NCBI RefSeq assembly: GCF_009914755.1
Contig: NC_060927.1
DNA length: 64,000 bases
Origin: the human T2T-CHM13v2.0 reference genome, Homo sapiens
Strand: one strand, 5' to 3'
The notes under the pieces: generated by a model
Seen by the model: only the letters and a program-made list of their open reading frames with translations
Database searches by the model: none
What the model was told of the DNA's origin: nothing
Program-made: the position numbers and the translations under genes
Shown: positions 52,150-64,000 of the stretch, piece by piece
Position numbering within the stretch: the stretch's first letter is position 1
How the letters are laid out: the number at the start of each line of letters is the position of its first letter

Positions 52150-52310
52150 TGACTTAACCCACTTAACCCTCAGTAGAGGTATTACTAGCTCCCTCCCTCC
52201 CTTTACAGGTGATAAAACAGAGATCCAGAGAAACTGAGTCACTTGCCCAAGATTACAAATTAAAGGTGTGAGCTGGTTTTGAACTCCAGTGATCCATTTC
52301 TAATTCCTAA
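52150..52310 (-). mobile_element. MIR SINE
   Basis: CTTTACAGGTGATAAAACAGAGATCCAGAGAAACTGAGTCACTTGCCCAAGATTACA. Confidence 0.7.
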
Positions 52311-52339
52311 GGAGGACTATGCCTTAAGACAATTCATCT

Positions 52340-52640
52340 GCATTTTCTAGACACCATGGCCACAGTTTTAGGCAAATAAGAGTTAGGCCTGGGACTCTTT
52401 AGGAAATGACTGAGAAAGAGAAGCCCTTCCTTCCTTTACCACTGGGGTTTCTAAAAGGCTAGATAGTAACTGTGGAATTTTGCAACCATGATGGCACTGT
52501 AAGTGGTGAGCCAGAGATGGCGTGGTCCTGAGCTCTGATGATCTGGAATTTACTGCTTTCTCTGAAATGTGAGCCAATAGATTCCTTTTCTTTAAGCCAG
52601 GTTGAGTTGTGCTGTCACTTGAAAACAGTTAAGTCCTTAA
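52340..52640 (+). mobile_element. Old MaLR LTR fragment (MLT1I/J/L-like)
   Basis: ATGTGAGCCAATAGATTCCTTTTCTTTAAGCCAGGTTGAGTTG...CTGTCACTTG matches an MLT1 3' end. Confidence 0.6.
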
Positions 52641-53874
52641 GGAGTGAACAACTAAGTAATTGACATAAAGCTCCAAGTTTGTAATGCTTAAGCCAATATC
52701 TTGCACATATTAGATATTCAATAAATATTAGTTTTTATTCTTCCACAATGTTCAGGAGCAATGATTACGCTTCTCTATTTTGCACAGAGCCTAAAAAGGG
52801 CTGAAACATAAAAAATAAATACATTGAATACATGTCTGCAGATCAACAGACATGTTGAGAACTATACCCAGGAGAGATTAGACAGTCAGACTGTACCCAC
52901 TCATCATTTCCACTTCTGGCTCTAAGTAGGAGCCAGGGAAGGAAAGTGCTCTCAGCATGGCTCACAGGGGAGACTTTCCCAACAGGATTCTACAGATTGG
53001 ACTTGACTCATAGTCATAATGTGCCAGACTCACCCCAGTGCCACCTGGTTAATCAAAGGGCCAGAAGGTATCTGTGGAAGAAAGACTTAAGGAAGCCGGG
53101 GAAGTAGATAGCAGTTCACTGAAGTTCCTGGCATTTGCCTGAGGGCACAGCTGGGGACATTAATAATCATTTTTCTCATCAGACTGCTGAAAATGAGAGC
53201 AAAGTGAGAAAGGGAAAAAAACAAGTGTTTTGCTGCCTCCTGTTTGAATTAATCTCTTCTGACAACTGCTGATTTGGGTTTGTGATTCGATCTTCCATAT
53301 GTCTAGCTCCATTGGTCAATTAAGTGTCGAGGGTGATTGGGGGAAGCAGTGACACTCAGCCTGATTAGAGGAAGAAGCATCACAAGGCATTTAGAACATG
53401 CAAAGCAGCCCACTGAGCCTGGCTTAAACAGAGCCAAGCAGAGCAAGGGTGGTGTCTGGTACTGCCAGGAGGGTCAGGGAAGAGTCGAACCTCAGCACTC
53501 AGAGCACTAATCAAGTAAGGAGGACATCAAAGTCAGTTTCCTGTGAGCAGCAAGTAAGCTCTGGAGAGTTTTGGAGGGATCTAAGGCTCATGCAAAGTTA
53601 AGCCCCCGTCAACCCATTCAAATCTTATTCTTCTAGACTGTCCAACTAATGAACTACTTTCAACAAAGTATCATAAACTTGAGAACAGAAAATAAAGTCA
53701 TGTCTAACTTGGAGAGTTCAATTTATACATTTGAAGGAATCCTCTGAAATCAAGAAATGGGATAGCAGAACACTTAAGTTAGACAAAAACAATGCAGAAG
53801 CAGTAGTGCTCACACATTACTATGCAGTAATAAAAACATTGAGGAACTATGAGTTCTAGTCCTACCTCAGTTAA

Positions 53875-54226
<352 letters not shown>

Positions 54227-54859
54227 TACTTCCCCATTTTTAAGGAGGCTGATGGAGGAAGTGGGGGCACTTGTACGCTCCTAAATAAAACTGAAACTTG
54301 ATCTAACAGCTGAAGAGAATGTTTTGACTGGAGCAATGGCAGCCTAAAGTCTTTTATGAGTTAAATGCTAAAGTACTTCATGTGACTGTTTAAAAGAATA
54401 GCTAATAAAAACGATTGTACGCTATTTTTTTATAAAGATCCATATCAATGCTCAACAATCATCATAGAAGGCAACAGGCTCCTTTAAAAGTAACATTATG
54501 TCAAAAAAGCACCTATGATTTCTTGGATGTAGTCACAGTTTTGTTGTTCAAATTTAATGAAAATAGAACAAATGTGGCAGTTGTTAAAAATAAATGGAAA
54601 AACTTTGGCTGGATTGCAAACTAGTTAAGTATGATCTTAATAGAATAACCATCTAAGCATGTAAACATGTGGATTTATATCACTCTGAAGGAAAAACTAA
54701 TAGCCTAGCAAAGCCTCCATTCAATGCTTTATCTCATTCAACATATTTATTGATGACTGACATGGGTAAAATATACTTAAATAGAGAGATTATCAACTTA
54801 CTTCCCCAAATTTAAGGAGAAAAGCTAAGGCATAATAAAAGCAGGGTACAAAATGAACT

Positions 54860-55335
54860 AGATCTGCTCTATTCCACAGTTGTCATTGTAAAGATCAAAT
54901 ACAGATCAATGCCACAACATTAAAGATATAACAAATTTTAGGTCAAGTGAAGAGGACGTGTGATGGTGAAGAAGACTTGGGCACTGTCAGTCAAAGAAAA
55001 ATTGAAGGAAATGGATCAAGAGAGAGCATGTTTGAGGGAAACAATGGCAAAATAATCAGTCTATTTTAAAGGCTTTTTAATGGGGAAAAGATTTAGATTT
55101 ATTCTGAGTGGATCCACAAGCAAAATACTTTAGAGAGATAGATTTTGACACAAATGAAGGGATTTTTTTAAATAAGTAAAATGACTTTCCTAATAAATAG
55201 TGAGTTCTCTGATGGGAGATGGGGCTCAAAAGAAACCAGGGAAAGACTCTCCCGGTAAAAGAGATTCACATGTCAAGTAAGCATCTAGACTGCATGACTT
55301 CTGAGATACTTGTAGTTCTAAAACTCCTTGATTCT
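54860..55335 (+). mobile_element. L3/CR1 LINE 3' fragment
   Basis: GATGGTGAAG...TTGAAGGAAATGG...GATTTAGATTTATTCTGAGTGG...TAGTGAGTTCTCTG...TAGACTGCATGACTTCTGAG...TTGATTCT follows the order of the L3 3' consensus. Confidence 0.6.
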
Positions 55336-55454
55336 ATTACCATAGAAGAATTCTACAGCTATTTATTTTACATATAGAAAAAGCATGTTAAGTCTTGAGA
55401 AATATGTATTTCTTAGTTAACTGTCATGATGGGAAAATAGAACATTAATAGACT

Positions 55455-55793
55455 TAAATATCTGAATATACGTGTCCCTCCAAAATTCCTATGTTGGAAC
55501 TTAGTGAAGTGATGGTATTGAGAGGTGGGACCTTTGGGAGGTGATTAGGCCTCAGGGTGGAACTAGTGCCCTTAGAAAGAGCTCTAGAGAGCAAATATGT
55601 TCCTTGTTGACCCCTGCTACCTGTGAGGACTCACAGAAGGTGCTGTCCATGAGAAACACGCCCTTACCACACACACATCTGCCAGAACCTTGACCTTGGC
55701 CTTCCTAGCCTCCACAACTATGATAAAATAAAATTCTTTTTTTTTAAATCAATCTAAGGTATTTTGTTATAGCACCCCAAACAGACTAAGACA
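55455..55793 (+). mobile_element. MLT1A-type MaLR solo LTR
   Basis: CTGAATATACGTGTCCCTCCAAAATTCCTATGTTGGAAC...GGTGGGACCTTTGGGAGGTGATTAGG...GGTATTTTGTTATAGCACCCCAAACAGACTAAGACA. Confidence 0.88.
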
Positions 55794-55939
55794 AATGTAA
55801 ATTCTGTAAATTCTTAAGCATACAGTAGAAGGAATAAAATCTAACACTAACAAATGGTAGAGTTTTTAGAGAATGAATAATCTATGAAAGAAGGCATACA
55901 TATTGACTACTATGAAAAGACTGCACGTGACAGAATTGT

Positions 55940-56172
55940 AGGGAGTGATGTTTAAGAGCACAAGCTCTAGGTTAGCTGTTTTCATTCAAATCCTGGCTCT
56001 GCCACTTGCTAGATGTATAACCTTGGACATGCCACAGTTTCTGCATCTGAGACATGAACATAACAATATATCTATCATATAAAGTTTTTACAATTTAAAT
56101 GAGTTTAATATATATAAAGATTTTGTAATAGTTCTTAAAACACAGTAAACACTATACGAGTACTCGTTATTT
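55940..56172 (+). mobile_element. MIR SINE
   Basis: TTAAGAGCACAAGCTCT...TTCAAATCCTGGCTCTGCCACTTGCTAGATGTATAACCTTGGACA. Confidence 0.8.
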
Positions 56173-57899
56173 TACCAGCTCTTTAAAAATTTTCAGAAAA
56201 ACAGGACTAGAGATATTCAAGTGAAGGTGGATGTGCTTTCAACATCCCTCTTAATAAAAATAGGTAAATTAGTTAATAGACAATAGAGGTCAGCTTTTTA
56301 AATTTCATTATTTTATTTATTTACTTGGTATTAGCCTTCTGGAATAGCTATATGTGAAAAATTGATTTTCATCCTGTTGTCTTGCCATTACTGATGACGG
56401 AATATATAGCACAGAAAATTTTAAACCACTGATTTTTATCTATTACATAACTTTTGCAAAAGCTGAAATATAACAACCTGGGGTAAGCATCTCCCATGCC
56501 TTTTTCCTTTCTTGTACCCTAAGGAAGTGGTATCAATGAATGGCCAAAAGATGAAAAGTAATAAGGCAGCCCATCTAATTATTGAATTGTGTAAATAGCT
56601 CCTGAATAAATGAAAGTTGATTGTATGTATAAATTACAGGTTATCTAAAAATGGATAAGTGTATTTTAAAAATAACAACATTCAACCTAGGTGATCTGAT
56701 GAGATGAAAATAAACTATGAAAGTCAAAATATTTAAACAAACAATGTCAATAACAACAAATATTTTGAACATTTAGCATCAATTTATTAACTTCCTAGTT
56801 AATGTGGCAAAAATGGCAGAGTATTTTACACATCGTTCATAACGTGGGAATTCTAACAGAAATGTTTTCTTGATTCAGAACCAAGATGTCTACCCTTTTT
56901 TGTCTCCTTGGTCTGTCCAGACTGAAGCACAATCAACGGCAAATGGGAGATATGAGAAAAGATGACATATTTGAATAAATTCCATGGGAAAAAATTCTCA
57001 CATCTTTAGATAATACATCTAAACTCTTTTTTTTTTCTTTGACCTTCAGAAAAATCCTAAATGTCAGCAGCCTGATTTAGAAAAAAAAAATGTCTTTGGC
57101 AGATTTCTCTTCCTTTTGTTTTCTTTACTGCTTTTAATGAAATGCTAATGATACCATTTTATTCAGCAATTCTACTTCTAGGAATTTGGAAGTAGAAGTG
57201 CCTATAGCTGAGAATGTGGCCTTAGATTCAAGTTCTAGTTCCAATGTTGTCTAGCTGCATGACCTTGAGAAAATGGATTAACCTCTCTAAACCTCACTAT
57301 CGTTATCTGTAAAACAAGGACATAAAGTCTTTAGCATACATACAGGTATTCTAAGTTCCTTCTTTATATCAAAATAAGTCAGTCATTGGAACATTATTAG
57401 TTTTAGACAAACATAACTTAATCCTTCTCAAATCTACCAGTCTATATTTTAATGATCTTCTCTGAGAGTTTACTGAGGGCAAATATAAGAAGCTCTTAAA
57501 TAAAGCATTTTTTTATTTGCTATAACGCTGTTAAAGGCATCATCTTTAAAAGTACCCGCTCTTTAAAATTCCATAAAGTAAATTCATTTCAGCATGTACT
57601 ATCACGAACACTATCTTTCTTAAATAATTAGTATGTGTTCTTCTACTCATTAATGAAAATATAAATAAACTTCTATTTTAGATGCCAGGAAACTCAGAGT
57701 AAATTTCTCATTCATATTTATTTCATCCTTTTTTGTAAAATCATTTTTTCCATTATAAATATTATATTGTATAAACATGTTAATAAGCAGACTCAAATAT
57801 TTCATAATGGAACCCAGAGAACTGATTACTTTTATAAAGTATAATGTGACTACAATTTAGCCTGCATCAAAAAATAATTAAAACATGTTTTATATTTTT

Positions 57900-58520
57900 A
57901 TATTAAATCTGCATTAAAATTACATTAGATAATACATTCAAAAACCATAACCAAAGGATATTTCTCACTGCTGATGCAGGTGTGGAGAGAAAGCATCTTG
58001 GAATAGTTCCTAATGATAGTGAAAATGTCCATGAAAGGCTTGGTAAATCTTTACAAATAGCCATAAAAATGTCAACATAATTCAAAAAAATTTGCTTCTA
58101 GAAATCTATGATTTCTAAGAAAATAATCATGAATAAGGATAAAAATGTATGTATGAATGTATTCATTACAGTACTACACTTGTAAAAATATTTTATGAAA
58201 AAATCCCAAGCTAAGGAAATCATGAACTAATGAAATACATGTAATTTCAACTTGTTGTATATTTAAGTGAATTATTTTACTCAAAAGAATGATATTAGGT
58301 AGGAAAAAAGGCCAACAAAGAGTAGATTCTTCTCAAAATTATGTTGAAAAATTATTACTGTTCAGATATTATTTCCAAGACTAGAAGAAAATACAACAAA
58401 GTGTTATATTGCTTAAATATTGGTAATAGGATCACCAATGGTCTTTGTATTTTCTTTTGATTTTCATGTGTTTTCTTGTTTTCTACAATGAATATCACAT
58501 TAATCAGAAAAAGTAAAAAC
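57900..58520 (+). mobile_element. Very old L1 (L1ME-type) 3' fragment
   Basis: TGCTGATGCAGGTGTGGAGAGAAAG...CTTCTAGAAATCTAT...AAGAAAATAATC...AATGTATTCATTACAGTA matches L1M 3' motifs. Confidence 0.55.
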
Positions 58521-58789
58521 AAAAATAATTTGTGAAAGAATCTAATATGAAAAGGGAAAATATAAGACTTTTTATATTATTCTAATAAGGTAGTTTTATT
58601 AGAAAACATGTCTATTCTAAAGGAATGTACTATTTCACTTTATTATACCATGAAGTATGATTCTGAGCTCTGATATAATGTATATTGTCCAAAATGTCCT
58701 CAATTCCACAAAGCACTAAAAATTATGGAAGTAATAATTGGGAGCGAACTTGACAATCATGGTTAACCATATTAATTATAAAACTTTCA

Positions 58790-58960
58790 AAGTGTTGGCA
58801 CACCGTGTCTTCTGTTGAATTGATTATTGCAGCACTCTGCAAGGTAAGCAGATCATATATTAATGCTTTCCTTATTCAAAGGGGTTGAATGACTCACTCA
58901 AGGTCACTCAGAGCTTCCATATACACAATCTGGACTCTAATTCAAGTCTTTAGATCTAAA
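58790..58960 (-). mobile_element. MIR SINE fragment
   Basis: GCAGCACTCTGCAAGGTAAGC...GGGGTTGAATGACTCACTCAAGGTCACTCAG. Confidence 0.55.
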
Positions 58961-60744
58961 TTCCTTGGAATTTTATAGGTCTAGAGACGGGTTTTTTGTT
59001 TGTTTGTTTGTTTTAATACTCTCTTTCTCTGTCTCTCTCTCCCCTACTATTACTTACTTCTATGCAAAGCAGTTAGACTAGTGCTTGGGACACATTGCAC
59101 AGGCATATAAGTATTCATTGAATAAATAAAAGTGGGACTTTTCATACTGGCTTGAAGGAAATATGCCTTTGGATCTTCTTTTGGAAGAAGCTGTGTTCAT
59201 TTTCCTTGATGAAAAAAAAATGTAATCTAATAATTAGTCTCACTTACAGGTGAAAAACAGGATTATTCTACTCATAATAGTAGAGGCTCACATGCCCCTC
59301 ACTTCATTGCTGTTAGTCATGCTGCTGAAAGCCAAACAGAAGCCAGGTACTGACTGGCTGTGTACAGGGCACATTCTGCAATCCCATGTACTTTGTGCTA
59401 GCACCACCGCAGCAGGCCTTCAAAAATTGGCCCTGTCACTTTAAATATAATAGACAATAAATCATCCCTCTGAGACAGCCCCTAAGGAAAACAGGGGAAA
59501 AAAAATAGAAATAGCATTTAAAAGCCCTTTTCTATTACAATGCCTCTAGGGAGCTTTTAAAATTGGAACTCTTTTGAAGTGAATTTTATGCTTTTTGGGG
59601 CTTTTAAAAATGCTTCTAGAATTAATCTTGCAATTCTAGGACCAAATCCTCCATGAGATCCTTTAATTTGGGGGTCTTTATTATGCTAGTATTATCATAT
59701 TTGCTCATCTTCTCTGTGCTGCTTTCCCTGGTATTCCATAACCAATCAACCCCTTTTCTCATGCTCTTTGTAATTTCTTTATTCCTCGTTCCTCCCTATC
59801 CATGTTTCTGCCAGTATATTTCTTGCTTGGTCTTTCTTTTCTTTTTTTTCTTTTTTTCCTTCATCAAATCTAGTTTTAGTTACTTCTCCTCTAAGATACC
59901 CTTTGTTCTTTTGCACCTTGGATGCAGATAATCCTAATTAGGCTACCATGCAGATAATCCAGAATTTTCTACTTTCCTCCTCCTATAGCAGAATTTTCTT
60001 AGACACAGTTGAACCAAAACTGCCTCTGTTTCATAAGCCTCCCCTTCTCTTGTTCTTGTGACTGTTCCTAGTTGATAAGAGAAAAACATCAAAATAGCAA
60101 AGAAAGTTAATTTAGTTTAGTCTGAAAAAAATCTTAGTCAAATCCTGAAAAAAATAAATGGTAAGGTGTGAACATATAAAGCACAGATTATACAAAGGGT
60201 TAGGGTTTACATTAAGAAAGAGAGATTCAATATCAGCCTGACTCTCATGTAACCAGTACTCAGCTATGATCATTTAAGTCATATAGCATTATGTGGCCCA
60301 ATAAAACAGTTATGGCTCAATGGCCTTTATTATTCTTACAAATTAAAAATCTATACTGAACAAAACACAGTTCATCTTAATATTGAAAAACATACACACT
60401 CAGTGTAAATAACAGGACAACAGCAACTGTTTCTTGACACTACATTACATGTCTTCTTAGACCCCCTGATCTGTGAAGGAAGGCAGGAGAAATTCAACTT
60501 GATATTGAGCTGGTGTCTTTTGATAAATTGGGAGGCCAAAGTATGAAGCAAAAAGCAGTGAGAAGAGATTATTCTGACACCTTTTAGATTTATAGACTTC
60601 CCAGCCTACTTAATGGCCATTCATCTCATCTGGCCTGCCATAGTCACTCCAGCCACCCTCTGGGTGAGTGCTTATTACCAACAAGGCAGCAATCAAATTA
60701 TTGCAGGGAATTTACTGAGTGAGATAAATAAAAGCTGCCTAAGT

Positions 60745-61105
60745 CAGTGATTCTCAGTGCTTTCTCTGGAACATAAGTCTCATAAGAAGCTCTAAAAATG
60801 TCCCACAGACACATAAGTGTTGTCAACACTACATACCCTAACCCCTCTGCAGAGTAATGGGAAGTATATTAGCATAGTAAAAGCACTGACAAAAGAAAGC
60901 TGTCTGGCTTTGTTTAACCCAGCATGTACCCAAAGCATGGGACATGCTGTTTTACTTTTTTTTTTTTTAAGAAATGGGGATCTGGCTATGTTGCCCAGGC
61001 TGCAATGCAGTGGCTATTCACAGATGCAATCATAGTGTGTGCACTACAGCCTTGCATTCTTACTTAAGTAAAACTTATGAAAATTCTTTGGAAACTTTGG
61101 AAAAG
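60745..61105. mobile_element. hAT-Charlie (Charlie4-like) fossil with a nested Alu monomer
   Basis: CAGTGATTCTCAGTGC...ATTAGCATAGTAAAAGCACTGA...CTTTGTTTAACCCAGCAT...ACTTTGGAAAA. Confidence 0.55.
60956..61059 (-). mobile_element. FAM / 7SL-like fossil Alu monomer fragment
   Basis: Poly(T) then GCTATGTTGCCCAGGCTG...GTGGCTATTCACAGATGCAATCATAG..GCACTACAGCCT; GGCTATTCACAG is characteristic of FAM/7SL. Confidence 0.8.
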
Positions 61106-61389
61106 CCTAGATTAAGTACTTGCCTAAAAGAAGATCTGGGACAACTATCTTGAAGGTAATGATGACTGTTAAATGAAATGATTAGATGAAGAAAAATAGG
61201 AAGAAATACTGAAGGTTTGTATTAATGATTACTATCACCAAAGGAGAGAAATGTACCAGCAGATCACAGTCATTAAAAATGACCCATCAGTGGACAGCAA
61301 ATTACATACTTGGGAACCAATGCTGGAGAAAAATCATAGAGGGAGAGGTCATGTTTTATTCCACTTGTAGAGCTTTTCAAATTCAGTCC

Positions 61390-61890
61390 TAACCAAACCT
61401 GATTAAAGTAAATCCCTTTTTTACAGGCTGTGGAGTCTATAAGATTATGGTGTTAATGGAAGTGCTATTCGATCCGTCAGTAATGGTGCATGTCGGGACC
61501 CTGGCGCCTCTGACAAGTCCATTTTTTAAGACGTATTTATTGTTTTGTTTTTTTTTTCTCTCTTCTGTTCTCTGCATTGCGGGGTTTAATTGAACAGTTT
61601 AAAGTGATTCTTCTTCAAGGCCCATTAATTGATTTTATTTGTGTATTCTCCAGGGTCAAGGAAAAGGGGGAAAAAAAAAACCAATAAAATTGCAGCTCTG
61701 GTTTTCACTGTCATATTCTCCCTGGAAATTCATAGCTCTGAATTTTGTTTCTTTTCTCTGCCTCAAGAGGCCATTTTATGATTTTTGCAAGGTGCATTTT
61801 TTTTTGTTTTATATTACTGATTTATTCAATTCCGATAGGGATTCGCCATTAAGAAAATAGTAAAATGTGCCCAATCTGACCAACCATGTA
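61390..61890. promoter_or_regulatory. Candidate conserved non-coding element / developmental enhancer
   Basis: Repeat-free; 8 CpGs at 61470-61845; dense homeodomain, PBX-HOX and MEIS motifs. Function is inferred. Confidence 0.5.
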
Positions 61891-62329
61891 GTATCTAGGG
61901 GTTCCTCATGATAAACCCAATTAAAGAGGAAATACTTCGGTGAAACAGTCATGAAACTGTACATTCTCATGACAAAGCATCCATAGCGGTTTCTTTCTAT
62001 CATAATGGGACAAAGTCTCTTGAGGTTTGATGTTGTGACATGCCTACACATATATAATCACAGTGTGTTCATATTTATTCATTTAACCCAGCACTGCCCC
62101 TGAATGGTCTTATGTCTGTGAAGTAAGAATGAAGATGCTACCTGGATTGCAAAACAGTATATTCAGGGGGAGGAAACTGTAGAGTGAAACTGAGATTCTG
62201 CCAAGGGCAGAAGCTATACATATGTGTGTACATACATATTGGCATCACACCACAAGAGGCTCTGTCCTGTCATGTCATAGTGCCCTATGATGTCACATTA
62301 TTATGTCACCTAATATAATTTGTACCATT

Positions 62330-62505
62330 TCTTAATGCTTGTTTCTATCAGGAAGTAGCTAATCCTCACACTGAACTTATGAAGCAGGTATTACTATCAC
62401 CATTGAATCGTCAAAGTCTGAAACTCAGATGTGAAGTAATCTTCCAAAGATATAAATAAGGTTTAAATATGCATCTGATTTACTCCAATGCCTCTACTTT
62501 TCTGT
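62330..62505 (-). mobile_element. MIR SINE fragment
   Basis: TAATCCTCACACTGAACTTATGAAGCAGGTATTACTATCACCATT...ATCTGATTTACTCCAATGCCT. Confidence 0.55.
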
Positions 62506-63819
62506 TCCTTGGATATACTGTTGCCTTGGAGACTTAGTTTGCAATGGCTTTTATTTCACTAAAGATGAAAATATAATAAAGTCATTTAAAGGTGGATAAC
62601 TTTTTTTCTACCTCTGCTTCCCCAGAGTAGGCCCCAAACAAATACTAGTTGAATAATGGAATAAGATTCCTGCCCCTTTGCTATCACATCATTCCTGCTT
62701 TGAGCTTCACTCTAAGACCAGTCCTTTATGGGCATTGTAATAACAAGGCCAGGGTAAAAGATAAGAAAGGGACAGGGCCATAAACACCAATCTGGATTCT
62801 ATCATGTGGACAAGCTAATTCTAGCCTCTTGGTTTTTTTGACATATCCATCTCTTCATTCATTTCTTTGTCCCTTCCTTATTCAAATTCCCTTGATGAAG
62901 TCCCCAATAACACATAAAGCTTAGGTTTATGTGTTAACCTGCATTGAAATGCAGGTCAAATTTGTCTTTTGCATACACTAGTAAAACTATGCCACTGGCT
63001 TCTGGTTCCTGATTATCTTCCCCTGAATGTTTTAAGAGAGATTGAGAGTTTAAAGCTAATACTAAGATTGAAAGAAAAAGCAGCAGGGGAAGGGGAGGGA
63101 TCATATAGAAGGAAGTATTTTTTTGCTTGCTTGATTTACTGTAATCAATAGCTGAGAGGAGAAAGCGACAAGTTCGAAATTTACTTCCAGCAGATGAACA
63201 GATCATTGTCAAGGACAAGACACATATATTTAAGAATGTGTCAGTAAACTGAAAATCTCACAAAGGCAACCTTCTCGCGGAAGGGGTGCACTCTCTGCAC
63301 GTTACGGTCACACAGTTCAGAGGAAATTCTATGCTATCTTGCATCTGCACCTCTATGTCCATCTTCTCTTTCTCGACTTAAGAAAATCAGCTTCCTGGAC
63401 CCCCTTTACCTCCACTCACCTTTCACAACTTTCACTCGTTTTGTGAGACAGTTCAATTATCACTTTCAGGATTGTGTCTGTTTCCTGATAGATTTAATAG
63501 TAAAATCCTTCCAAGGGCCAGAAAGAATGAATGGCGAGGAGAGGTGTCCCAGTCTGAAGCCAGGTGTAGTGAATAGGAATAGTTAGTAGGAGTGAGTACA
63601 AAATCCTCAACTAGTAGTCGCAGGTGGTGACCACTACAAAGGAAATGAAAACACGTTAACTTTTTGGATATTACTCCAAGAAAAGAGAATATGCCTGCAG
63701 ACCTTTCTCTAAGCAATAAGACACACTGGTGTACAAAAAGACCCACACTCCTCCCCATGCTGAGATACGTGTCCTCCTGTGGATTCCCAGAACATGAAAA
63801 TCACTATATCAAAATATGT

Positions 63820-63970
63820 GTCACACACTACCCTAAGCTTTGGTTTGCATGGATCTCCCCTCGAAACTGAATCAAGTCACGTTCATCTCTATCTCTAGTT
63901 TCTCCTTCAGTACCTGGCGTATAAGAGATGCTCAATACATATTTCCTAGCATAAATGAAAGAATGAATAA
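63820..63970 (+). mobile_element. L2 3' end
   Basis: CAGTACCTGGCGTATAAGAGATGCTCAATACATATTT...AATGAAAGAATGAATAA. Confidence 0.7.
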
Positions 63971-64000
63971 GAAGGAATTTTCTTGTAAGTACTAATATAA

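Overview
This is eukaryotic, AT-rich, CpG-depleted primate (human-like; AluJ, AluS and AluY are all present) non-coding DNA, either intronic or intergenic. I can support no protein-coding gene, tRNA, rRNA, CRISPR array or CpG island. The listed ORFs are Alu, L1, LTR or low-complexity artefacts, or chance frames. The window is a mosaic of repeats: about 13 Alu/FLAM/FAM copies; a ~3.8 kb 5'-truncated L1MA-type LINE carrying a nested ERV1 solo LTR (4-bp TSD) and a nested AluSc; MaLR LTRs; DNA transposon fossils (MER3, MER33, MER5, Charlie-like, MADE1); and many L2, MIR, L3 and L1ME fragments. Repeat-free islands between them hold transcription-factor motif clusters. The most notable observations are (1) a 150-bp non-tandem duplication (42377-42526 copied to 44533-44682) that appears pasted into the end of a hAT transposon, like a templated-insertion repair scar; (2) a homeodomain-motif-dense, CpG-retaining block at ~61.4-61.9 kb that looks like a conserved developmental enhancer; (3) a perfect 20-bp triplication inside an old MER33; and (4) a triplex/G4 cluster upstream of a candidate non-coding exon that ends in ATG. 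I could not identify the locus and found no convincing new biological system. Repeat family names come from my recall of consensus sequences and need RepeatMasker/Dfam confirmation.
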